From Coleofasciculus sp. B1-GNL1-01 (lineage in GTDB: Bacteria > Cyanobacteriota > Cyanobacteriia > Cyanobacteriales > Coleofasciculaceae), in the NCBI GenBank assembly GCA_040220235.1, contig JAVJTO010000113.1: a DNA stretch of 27,687 nt; one strand, 5' to 3'. The notes beneath the pieces are model-generated. The model was not told the DNA's origin, searched no databases, and saw nothing but the letters and a program-made list of their open reading frames with translations. A program made the position numbers and the translations under genes. Shown in pieces: positions 9,371-17,644 of this stretch (positions are counted from its first letter, which is position 1; each line of letters opens with the position of its first letter).

Positions 9371-10463
9371 AAAAAAGCGTAATCTGCAATTACCGCCGGA
9401 TTATGGAGAGATTCTCAAACAGATTAAATCGCGGATTCAGTCGGCTCAAATCCAAGCGGTTTTAGCGGTTAATCGAGAATTGATTCGGCTGTACTGGGAT
9501 ATTGGCGGAAAAATTGTTGAACGGCAGAAGCTAGAAGGGTGGGGAACTGCTGTGATTGAGCGCTTGGCAAAGGATTTACAGCAGGCGTTCCCTGGCGTGA
9601 AGGGATTTTCTGCTCGTAATATTTGGCGGATGCGAGCTTTTTATCTTGCTTATACCCAGCAGGTACAAGAACTCTCTAACTCTGTGGCAGAATTGGATGG
9701 GCAAAATCTGCCACAGCCTGTGGCAGAAATTCCTTGGGGTCATAATGTTCTGTTGCTGGAAAAAGTCAAGGATGTTCAGGCTCGGCTTTGGTATATTCAC
9801 AAGACGCTAGAACAGGGTTGGAGTCGTTCTGTTCTTTGGCATCATATCGATACGAAGCTTTACCAGCGACAGTTTCAACCTGAGAGGGCAGCAAATTTCC
9901 AGTTGACGCTACCTCCTGCTCAATCGGATTTGGTGCGGGAGGTGCTGAAAGACCCCTACAATTTTGATTTTTTAACGCTGGCGGATGACGCCCAGGAAAA
10001 GGATTTAGAACGGGGATTACTTGAACATATCCGGGAGTTTCTGCTTGAACTAGGCGTTGGTTTTGCCTTCGTTGGCAACCAATATCATTTAAACGTTGGG
10101 GATGAGGATTTTTATATTGACCTGCTTTTTTATCACTTGCGTTTGCGCTGTTTTGTAGTTATTGACCTGAAGATGAAAGAATTTAAGCCGGAATTTTCGG
10201 GCAAGATGAATTTTTATGTATCGGCTGTTGATGATTTATTGCGACATCCAGACGACCATCCGAGTATTGGCATCATTTTATGTAAGACGAAAAATCAGAC
10301 ACTTGTCGAATATGCGCTGCGAGATGTGAATAAACCGATTGGGGTTTCGACTTATCAATTGCGGGATGCTTTACCGGAGCAGTTGCAGGGAAGTTTGCCA
10401 ACGATTGAGCAGTTGGAAGCGGAGTTAGAGGCGGTGTCGGTAGACATTGATGAGGAGGAATGA
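9360..10463 (+). CDS. YhcG/DUF1016 family PD-(D/E)XK nuclease-domain protein
   Basis: '[13 protein letters not shown]', '[14 protein letters not shown]', 'KDPYNFDFL', '[11 protein letters not shown]', '[19 protein letters not shown]', 'GKMNFY'. Confidence 0.92.
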   Translation: MAPRKKRNLQLPPDYGEILKQIKSRIQSAQIQAVLAVNRELIRLYWDIGGKIVERQKLEGWGTAVIERLAKDLQQAFPGVKGFSARNIWRMRAFYLAYTQQVQELSNSVAELDGQNLPQPVAEIPWGHNVLLLEKVKDVQARLWYIHKTLEQGWSRSVLWHHIDTKLYQRQFQPERAANFQLTLPPAQSDLVREVLKDPYNFDFLTLADDAQEKDLERGLLEHIREFLLELGVGFAFVGNQYHLNVGDEDFYIDLLFYHLRLRCFVVIDLKMKEFKPEFSGKMNFYVSAVDDLLRHPDDHPSIGIILCKTKNQTLVEYALRDVNKPIGVSTYQLRDALPEQLQGSLPTIEQLEAELEAVSVDIDEEE

Positions 10464-10532
10464 GATAAAAACGATGACGGTTGCAGAAATCGCTCGGCGA
10501 ATGAAGTAAACGAAGATCGCTAAGAGACAGAG

Positions 10533-11296
10533 TTGAAATGGACGTTGCGAGAGGCTCAAAATATCAGGCGGCGTAAAACTTGGACTCCACCCAAGCCTGC
10601 TGAAATACTGGAACTTTTGAGTGACTCCGAAAAACGTCTGGTTAAGGATGGGAATGAACTGTTAGCGGTGTTAATAGAATCGCTAGGAAATTTGCAGGAA
10701 AAACTTCATGATCAAAATCCTGCTGTTATAGATTTATGGAACGAAATTAAAGCCGATAAAGCCAGAAAATTTTGGTTAATAAGTTTAAGATTGATAAAGA
10801 TAAAGTAAATAGCCAAGAAGTTACAGGTCGTATCTATATCCCAAAAGATGAGAATGCTTTTTCTGACTATGTAGCGCGATATTTAGATTATCTCAAGCCA
10901 AAAGACGTCATTATCAACCGGGAAGTTACAATTCGTCGAGGTGAACGAACAGATATTCAAGTTGATGCTATGATCGAGAACCAAAATGGAGAGGTTGAGG
11001 ATTCTATAACCGTCATCATTGAAGCGAAAGGCTGCTGGAATAAGAAAGAGTTAGATACTGCAATGAAAGAACAACTTGTCAATCGCTATCTCAAGTATAA
11101 TAGCTGTCAGCATGGTCTTTACCTCATCGCCTGGTTTAATTGTGAACAGTGGGATGATAGCGATTCTAGAAAGCGCCAAGCACCAAAAATCAGTATTGAG
11201 GAAGCCAAAGAAAAATTTGAGCAGCAAGCCGCAGAATTATCTAACTCTGGTGTGACAGTTAAAGCTTTTGTTCTCAATACAGCATTGCGAATGTAG
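10533..11296 (+). pseudogene. Frameshifted C-terminal fragment of a larger protein ending in a PD-(D/E)XK nuclease domain (possibly an NTPase-nuclease fusion)
   Basis: ORFs 10533-10808 and 10772-11296 join if one base is restored at about 10766-10773 (ARK-ILVNKF). Motifs 'DLWNE', 'KDENAFSDY', 'NREV..RRGERTDI', 'IIEAKGCWN', 'QLVNRYL', 'GLYLIAWF'. No convincing start codon. Confidence 0.65.
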
Positions 11297-11337
11297 ATAA
11301 GATGGTTGACGGCTCTACTCATGCCTTATATTCTGAC

Positions 11338-11655
11338 TTATAATTCGATCGCCTCTTGGAGTACATTCTCAGCAATTAGTGGACTTAATCCGCGAGTTGT
11401 CGTAATATCTACCTTACTGTTCAAGAAAGACTCTAAATCATTGATCAATCCCCCTGGAAACCAAGCACTCGTGCAGTTTCGATCATAATCAATCAAAAAA
11501 TCAATATCGCTCTGTTCGATTGCTTCTCCCCGTGCGACAGAACCAAATACCCGTACACTGTGAGCGCCATGTTTGGCAAAAATGGCAAGTAATTCATCCC
11601 GGCGTTCTTGTAAGTCTTGAATCGTTCGGATTGCGGTTGAGCAGCCCATATTCAC
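11338..11655 (-). CDS. Minimal nucleotidyltransferase (MNT, MntA-type antitoxin)
   Basis: 'VFGSVARGEA...SDIDFL' (GS-x10-DxD) motif, 'DLESFLNSKVDI', 105 aa. Confidence 0.88.
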   Translation of the reverse strand: MNMGCSTAIRTIQDLQERRDELLAIFAKHGAHSVRVFGSVARGEAIEQSDIDFLIDYDRNCTSAWFPGGLINDLESFLNSKVDITTTRGLSPLIAENVLQEAIEL

Positions 11656-11880
11656 TCCTTATCGTAATCTGTAAGGGTACGGCAATGCCCATTAGTGTCA
11701 ACTTAAGGTAGAAAACCAATGCTGGCAAGGTTTTAAACCGTGTCTATCTACTCCTCAACATTTTCCCCCTCATCCCCTAACCCCAACTCCGGACCGTGGG
11801 GAGAAGGGGAACTAGACTCTCTTACTCCCCTCTCCCTTGCAAAAAAAGCGAAGCATCCTCTGTCATCCCCCCTCTTGTAG

Positions 11881-13719
11881 CTATGCATTACTCACATCTT
11901 TCTTAACAATTCAGAAGGCTGGACATATCTAGGTTTCAACCTAATGACGTTACATTTATTAATAGGCTCCCTCGGTAGTCCCTGATCCATCGTCAACGTC
12001 AGAATACGGCACACTGATAACAGGGTGTGGTAAAGTAACAGCTTTCCCTTGCATCCATGGGACTCATGGGACTTCAGCAACTTGGCTGAGACGATGTAAC
12101 TTGTCCCCTTCCCATGTTTTGAGCGGTGGGTTAAAGGCAAGGCGATCGCACTCCTCAATCACAGCCGCAAACCTAAGCCCCTCAACCCGGCAAGTTGTGG
12201 GTAGTTGGTAAAAAAGCGAGCGATTGTCTCCGGCACTGCGTTCCGTGCGATCGCACAAAATGTTGAAAATGTGAATTTGCAGAGGTAATTCAAATGAGCG
12301 ATTGGGCAGCCGCAGAATTGCAATATGCCGACTTGGGGGATGTGCGCCGCAAAAAAAGGCTCATACGTCTAGTGAGTGACTTGGCAGCCCAACCCTGCGC
12401 CAGCATACCCCAAGCATCGGGAAACTGGGCAGCGACCCAAGGGGCGTATGATTTTTGGAGTTCTCCTCATGTCAAAGCCTCCTCGATTGTTCAAGCTCAC
12501 CAAACCAGTACTCTCAATAGAATTCAAGCCGAAGCGGTCGTTATTGCGATTCAAGATACGACTGAACTCAATTTCACCCATCATCCCAGCAAGAAAGGTA
12601 TGGGTTATCTAGACAATAGTAAATCATCGGGTTTAAAAGTGCATTCGGTCTTTTGTAGTAGCGCTTCCGGAATACCTTTAGGAGTCTTACATCAACAAGT
12701 CTGGACAAGAGACCCAGCCTTTTTGGGCAAGAAACATCAACGACACAAAAAAGACATCCAAGATAAAGAATCTTATCGCTGGTTAACGGCACTGCAGGCG
12801 ACTCAAACCCTAATCCCACCGGAAACAACCGTGGTAACAGTTGCTGACCGAGAAGCTGATATCTATGAGTTGTTGGCATTGCCCCGTCGCCCAAACAGTG
12901 AGTTGATCATTCGGGCTAACCACAATCGTTGTGTCAAGTCTACACAGCCCGAACCACAAGTACAGCGCTTGCAGCAAACCATTGAGCAAGTTCCACCAAC
13001 GGGTCAACTTACCTTGGAATTGAGACGACATCCAGAGCGTCAACCTCGAATCGCCACTCTCACACTGCGGACTACCACCGTAGAATTACAACCCCCCCAT
13101 ACTCATCCACAAGCTCAACACCTTCAACCTGTCTATATACAGGTGATTCAAGCACTTGAAGTTGACCCACCTCCGGGTGTGGAACCCGTTAATTGGTTAC
13201 TCCTAACCACCTTAGTCATCACTTGTTTTGAAGATTTGGTGCAATGTAACGAAAGGTATTCTTATCGTTGGTTGATTGAACGTTATCATTATGTTCTCAA
13301 GAGCGGTTGTCGCCTTGAACAACTGCAATTGGAAAGTGCTGATCGCATCCACCGTGCTTTGGCTACCTACACCATTGTTGCTTGGCGCTTATTATGGATC
13401 ACCTATCTTGCCCGTTACCATCCCGAGCTGCCTGCCGACACTGTTTTAGAAGCATATCAGTGGCAGGCTCTTTATTGCACGATTCATCACCACTCTAACC
13501 CCCCTGACTCTCCTCCCAATTTAAGAGATGCCGTGCGTTGGATCGCCCAACTCGGCGGGTTCTTAGCCCGTTCTCATGATGGCGAACCGGGGGTTAAAAC
13601 TATTTGGCAAGGTCTGCGACGACTCCATGACATTGCCCAGAAAGAGGCTTTTACTTTCCCCCAAAACTACTGCTTTTGTCAAGGGCATTCATGTTAAGAA
13701 AGATGTGAGTAATGCATAG
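11881..13719 (+). mobile_element. IS4-family (IS50/Tn5-like) insertion sequence, 1839 bp
   Basis: Perfect 28-bp terminal inverted repeats CTATGCATTACTCACATCTTTCTTAACA (11881-11908 / 13692-13719). 9-bp target-site duplication CTCTTGTAG (11872-11880, 13720-13728). Encloses the transposase. Confidence 0.95.
12294..13697 (+). CDS. IS4-family (Tn5-like) DDE transposase
   Basis: 'LGDVRRKKRL', 'IQDTTEL', 'KESYRW', 'VADREADIYE', YREK signature 'YSYRWLIERYHYVLKSGC', 'IAQLGGFL...PGVKTIWQG'. The extreme C-terminus may be frameshifted. Confidence 0.93.
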   Translation: MSDWAAAELQYADLGDVRRKKRLIRLVSDLAAQPCASIPQASGNWAATQGAYDFWSSPHVKASSIVQAHQTSTLNRIQAEAVVIAIQDTTELNFTHHPSKKGMGYLDNSKSSGLKVHSVFCSSASGIPLGVLHQQVWTRDPAFLGKKHQRHKKDIQDKESYRWLTALQATQTLIPPETTVVTVADREADIYELLALPRRPNSELIIRANHNRCVKSTQPEPQVQRLQQTIEQVPPTGQLTLELRRHPERQPRIATLTLRTTTVELQPPHTHPQAQHLQPVYIQVIQALEVDPPPGVEPVNWLLLTTLVITCFEDLVQCNERYSYRWLIERYHYVLKSGCRLEQLQLESADRIHRALATYTIVAWRLLWITYLARYHPELPADTVLEAYQWQALYCTIHHHSNPPDSPPNLRDAVRWIAQLGGFLARSHDGEPGVKTIWQGLRRLHDIAQKEAFTFPQNYCFCQGHSC

Positions 13720-13934
13720 CTCTTGTAGGGGGGAACGAGGGGGGTCGGAGAGGGGCTGGGGGTGAGGGGTTGAGCTTAAGTTGACACAGGTGAGCAATGC
13801 CGTACCCCTACATCAATGGTACGCTGTGGGACAGATAGCGGTGGGTTCCCCTAGCTGTTGAGCGGTAAACGGTGAGGAGGTTTAACCCGATTCATTTATA
13901 AAATAGGGAGACTGTCGCTATTCTATCGCCACCT

Positions 13935-15785
13935 ATGCCCCTTTGCATTAACCCCACCTGCCCAAAACCCGACGCCTCCGAGAATGAGAATCAACGCTTC
14001 TGTCAAAGCTGCGGTTCAGAGTTGCTACTGCATGGGCGTTATCGGGTGATGCGCCTGATTAGTGATAAGAGTGGCTTTGGCAATATCTACGATGTCTACG
14101 AAGGGAGTACGCCGAAAATCCTGAAAGTTCTCAAGGATCATCTCAACCAAGATGCTAAGGCGGTGGAACTGTTTGAACAAGAGGCGGTGGTGTTAGGGCG
14201 ACTGAATCATCCGGGTATTCCACAAGTAGATAGTTCCTTCCTCTATCAGACGCGCAATGGGTTAGGGTTGCACTGCTTGGTGATGGAAAAGATAGAAGGA
14301 CCCACCTTAGAGCAGTGGTTAGAACAACAGCAAAATCGACCCATTTCTGAAGCGCAAGCGATCGCCTGGTTAAAACAGCTTGCGATTATTCTACAGCTTA
14401 TTCATGATCAGCAGTATCTGCATCGGGATATTAAACCCTCTAATATTATGCTTCGCCCTGATGGGCAGTTGGTGTTAATTGATTTTGGTACAGCCAGAGA
14501 AGTTACCCGCACCTATCTGGCGAAAGTGGGCGCGGGTGGCGGGATTACAGCGATTATTTCATCGGGATATACCGCCCCGGAACAAATCAATGGAGAAGCA
14601 GTAAGACAATCGGATTTCTTTGCTTTGGGACGAACGTTTGTCTTTTTGTTAACCGGACATCATCCCAGCCAGTTGTATGATGCTCAAACGGATACACTAA
14701 ACTGGCGGAATCACACCACTGGAATTTCCCCAAACTTATTGCAGTTAATCGATGAGTTGATGGCGCGACAGGTTCGCGATCGCCCGCCAACAGCCCAAGC
14801 TATTTTACAACGCCTGGACGCCTTAGAGCATCAACCCGCCACATTGACCGAAACCCTGAAAGTGGGAGTCGCTCCCCTCCCTCAATCCGAACCCGCCCCA
14901 GAACGCCACTCTGGGCGCTGGCAAGTGGTCATTTTAGTGTTAGCAATACTGGTTATTTTAGGGATTGGAATTATCGGTTCAGGCGGGTTAAATTCTCAAT
15001 GGGTTTGGATATTTACTCCAGCGCAAGCACCGCAACGAAAGGGAGATGTGGATTATTTTCCTTACGTGGAGGGAGCCGATAGTGAAGGGAGAACCGCTGA
15101 ATTTAGTGTAGCTGTACTGTCGCGGGAATATAAATGGAAACTGGGGAGTACGTTTCAAGTCAACTATAATCAGCAGATGATCCCTATTGATGCGTTACGG
15201 TCAAATTTGGAGGATGAAGGAATACAAAGTTTGATGGAAAATCCCAGTGAAATTATTTCGGTGGGAACTGCTTCCTGTGAAGGAACTCCCGTGGGAGAAG
15301 AACAGCGAGCCTTTCAACGCGCCGAGCAAATCCAACTGTTAGCCAAAAAGTTATTTCGGGATGTTGCATCGGTGGACAACTATCGCCTCTTAAATCTGGG
15401 TCAATTTAACCGAGACGATTGTTTACCGGATCAAGATGCTACATCGTACCAACGTAGTATTATTATTATCGGCGTGAAGAATAAAACCCCTGGTGTGATT
15501 GTCGATGAAGCCTTGCGATCGCGCCTGGAACAGACACCCTTTGGGGATTTTCGCCTAGAGGATTACTCTCTGGGTTCGCCTGAGCGGTTTCAAACCATCT
15601 CCAGTCAGCTAGATAACCCGGAAACACCAGATACATTAGATACACCAGAGACACCGGAAACACCAGATACATTAGATACACCAGATACACCAGATACGCC
15701 GGAAAACCAGGAGACACCAGAAACACCAGAAACGCCAGAAACGCCAGAAACACCGGAAATACCGGAAACACCAGAAACGCCATAG
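13935..15785 (+). CDS. Membrane Ser/Thr protein kinase with N-terminal 4-Cys prefix domain and extracytoplasmic C-terminal domain
   Basis: 'CINPTC...FCQSCG', 'GFGNIY', 'LKVL', 'HRDIKPSN', 'LIDFG', 'GYTAPEQ', 'SDFFALG'. TM helix 'WQVVILVLAILVILGIGIIG' and a (PET/PDT)n tail. Confidence 0.93.
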   Translation: MPLCINPTCPKPDASENENQRFCQSCGSELLLHGRYRVMRLISDKSGFGNIYDVYEGSTPKILKVLKDHLNQDAKAVELFEQEAVVLGRLNHPGIPQVDSSFLYQTRNGLGLHCLVMEKIEGPTLEQWLEQQQNRPISEAQAIAWLKQLAIILQLIHDQQYLHRDIKPSNIMLRPDGQLVLIDFGTAREVTRTYLAKVGAGGGITAIISSGYTAPEQINGEAVRQSDFFALGRTFVFLLTGHHPSQLYDAQTDTLNWRNHTTGISPNLLQLIDELMARQVRDRPPTAQAILQRLDALEHQPATLTETLKVGVAPLPQSEPAPERHSGRWQVVILVLAILVILGIGIIGSGGLNSQWVWIFTPAQAPQRKGDVDYFPYVEGADSEGRTAEFSVAVLSREYKWKLGSTFQVNYNQQMIPIDALRSNLEDEGIQSLMENPSEIISVGTASCEGTPVGEEQRAFQRAEQIQLLAKKLFRDVASVDNYRLLNLGQFNRDDCLPDQDATSYQRSIIIIGVKNKTPGVIVDEALRSRLEQTPFGDFRLEDYSLGSPERFQTISSQLDNPETPDTLDTPETPETPDTLDTPDTPDTPENQETPETPETPETPETPEIPETPETP

Positions 15786-15791
15786 ATACCA
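15618..15791 (+). repeat. 9-bp tandem repeat (CCAGAAACA-like) encoding the (P-E/D-T)n tail
   Basis: About 18 imperfect units. The array appears to run past the TAG stop (ACG CCA TAG ATA CCA). Confidence 0.9.
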
Positions 15792-15940
15792 GGATTGTAG
15801 GCGTGATAAGTAGGTGAACACAATTAAACTGAACGGTGGAGAACTCGCTGTCCTGTCCGTACCTCGTAGTGCTATAAAGGCGGATTTGGTATAAACTCCA
15901 GTTCCAAGCCACAACGCCCAAAATAGTACACAAAAAAATA

Positions 15941-15968
15941 GTAGAGACGTTACCTGTAACGCCTCTAC
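15941..15968. repeat. GTAG-type REP-like palindrome
   Basis: GTAGAGACGTTAC-CT-GTAACGCCTCTAC just downstream of tRNA-Glu. Same family as 18652, 19749 and 25933. Confidence 0.75.
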
Positions 15969-15982
15969 CTTTAATCTTTTAA

Positions 15983-16055
15983 TACCCCCAAGGGAATTCG
16001 AATCCCTGTCGCCTCCGTGAAAGGGAGGTGTCCTAGGCCTCTAGACGATGGGGGC
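15983..16055 (-). tRNA. trnE: tRNA-Glu (anticodon UUC)
   Basis: Reverse complement GCCCCCATCGTCTAGAGGCCTAGGACACCTCCCTTTCACGGAGGCGACAGGGATTCGAATTCCCTTGGGGGTA folds as a cloverleaf. Anticodon loop CT-TTC-AC; CCA is not encoded. Confidence 0.97.
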
Positions 16056-16075
16056 TTGTTTCTCAGACCTTAATA

Positions 16076-16104
16076 AATATAACGAACATTTTTGGGCTTG
16101 TCAA
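16076..16104 (-). promoter_or_regulatory. Sigma70-type promoter of tRNA-Glu
   Basis: TTGACA (16104-16099), a 17-bp spacer and TATATT (16081-16076), about 20 bp upstream of the tRNA. Confidence 0.8.
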
Positions 16105-16134
16105 CTCCTGAGCCAAGAAATTAATCGAAAAAAT

Positions 16135-16638
16135 TTAGGACTCTAACTGAGTGACTAAGTGAATCAATTCTGGTAGAATCAGCTTTTCCATAGCCAGGGT
16201 AACGGCTGCCGTGGAACCAGGAAGGGAGAAAATCAGCTTACGGCGATACACTCCAGCCACAGCCCGTGACGCGATCGCGCGTGAGCCAATCTCTTGGTAA
16301 CTGAGCCAACGAAAGACCTCACCAAATCCGGGTAAGGTCTTCTCTAATAAACTCGCTAAGGCATCATAAGTGGTATCTCGCGCCGCAATCCCTGTACCCC
16401 CGTTCACCACAACCGCTTGAATATCCGAACGCTGGGCGAGGACTTGCAGATACGTCTGAATCTGGTTCGGTTCATCCTTAAGAATTTCATAAGCGACAAC
16501 CGTATGACCCGCGTCACGCAGCAATTGCTGGATGCACGAACCACTGCGATCAGAATCCTGCGATCGCGTATCACTAACAGTTACCACCGCACAAGCGATC
16601 GCTGTTGATCCGGTATCGGGATGAGGCTGATGTGTCAT
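16135..16638 (-). CDS. moaB: MogA/MoaB family molybdenum cofactor biosynthesis protein
   Basis: 'VTVSDTR...DRSG', 'NGGTGIAARDTT', 'LPGFGEVFR', 'SRAVAG', 'FSLPGS'. Confidence 0.9.
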   Translation of the reverse strand: MTHQPHPDTGSTAIACAVVTVSDTRSQDSDRSGSCIQQLLRDAGHTVVAYEILKDEPNQIQTYLQVLAQRSDIQAVVVNGGTGIAARDTTYDALASLLEKTLPGFGEVFRWLSYQEIGSRAIASRAVAGVYRRKLIFSLPGSTAAVTLAMEKLILPELIHLVTQLES

Positions 16639-16685
16639 ATCTTACGGTGTTTAGCTGCTCAAGAAAATATAGAAGTGGACATTTA

Positions 16686-16728
16686 AACGAAAACCCCGTA
16701 GATTCCAAAGCCTTGAGATCTACGGGGT
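16686..16728 (-). terminator. Putative intrinsic terminator after psb28
   Basis: 11-bp stem ACCCCGTAGAT (16693-16703) / ATCTACGGGGT (16718-16728), followed on the minus strand by TTTCGTTT. Confidence 0.6.
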
Positions 16729-16782
16729 CAATGTCCTAAAGAATACTACATTGTTACTATTCACCGTTAAGGTGGGGAAGGA

Positions 16783-17118
16783 TTAAGACTTACTAAATCC
16801 TAACCCATTTTCCTCAGCATAGCGCTCCATGAAACGCATAAAACGATCCCATTCGTCTTGTGATTTCATGATCACAATTGCTTCTAATGCCGTCGGTTGT
16901 CCATTGACAAATTTGCCTTTAACCTCTCGGCTAACTAGCTCTCCTTCTTCGTCCATCAGGTATATACCTGTTATTTCTTCACCATAGTTGCCATTAAGCG
17001 CCTTGGGATTATCAAAATAAAATGTTGCCGTACCATTGCTGCCATCACGAGAGCGAGTCAGGCGCACATCAGGTACAACTTCTTCGTCAATGCCTTTAAT
17101 AAATTGAATTTTTGCCAT
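16783..17118 (-). CDS. psb28: Photosystem II assembly factor Psb28
   Basis: '[35 protein letters not shown]...[23 protein letters not shown]'. Start at 17118. Confidence 0.96.
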   Translation of the reverse strand: MAKIQFIKGIDEEVVPDVRLTRSRDGSNGTATFYFDNPKALNGNYGEEITGIYLMDEEGELVSREVKGKFVNGQPTALEAIVIMKSQDEWDRFMRFMERYAEENGLGFSKS

Positions 17119-17644
17119 GAGCCGTTCAATCAAAATTTATGAAGGTTATCACCAATTGAATTATCAGCCGTGTCTGCCATCATTTGCACAATGACTGAAG
17201 TTGGACATTTCCTCAAGGTGTGAATCCGGTTTTATGTCCAACTTCGATGAACTGCTGCCTTTTGAGCGTTCAGACACCGATTCTTTAATCCTCGCTCATC
17301 TATTCCTACCTGAGAACAGCCAGCGATTTTGGCGTTTAGATTTCATAGTGATTTTACCAAAAACTTTACACTTAACAAAAAAAAGTGACGTTTTCCTGCC
17401 ATAACGACCGAGGTGATGGCAAAATTGATAGAGCGGATCATCAAAAAATTATCAATCGTTCCCTCATCGGCGTTAGCGTGGCTCGGTAAATCCCGGCTCA
17501 CCTTACCCTTAGGGGAGAAGGTTTTGTAGATTCCTGCCAAAAATCTGCACCGTTTCACGGCGAATCCTCCAGCGCTTGACCCGAAAGCAGGTACAAGCCT
17601 GGGACTCTCGCCACCTTTGCTGGACAAATCCTTAACCAATATCA

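Larger units (their letters stand above)
11670..13812. repeat. Nested palindromic repeat/MITE-like elements enclosing the IS
   Basis: Outer inverted pair TGTAAGGGTACGGCAATGC (11670-11688) / GCAATGCCGTACCCCTACA (13794-13812), 17/19 match. Inner perfect pair GTGTCAACTTAAG (11695-11707) / CTTAAGTTGACAC (13775-13787). GC-rich SDR arms at 11825-11836 and 13747-13768. Confidence 0.8.

Noticed and set aside
10464..10523. 'EVNEDR*' after the yhcG stop as resumption of HsdM (EDRDEY motif), i.e. yhcG inserted in hsdM
   Set aside because: Only three residues match and a stop follows immediately; this cannot be distinguished from chance.
11892..12258. Small minus-strand ORFs inside the IS leader as passenger genes
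   Set aside because: Non-ATG starts and no recognisable family; retained only as an unexplained-leader finding.
15466..15933. Minus-strand ORFs 15466-15933, 15605-15823 and 15672-15914
   Set aside because: Low-complexity antisense read-outs of the 9-bp repeat in the kinase tail.
15983..16055. tRNA-Glu as an integration site for a genomic island
   Set aside because: No integrase and no duplicated tRNA 3' end were seen in the window.
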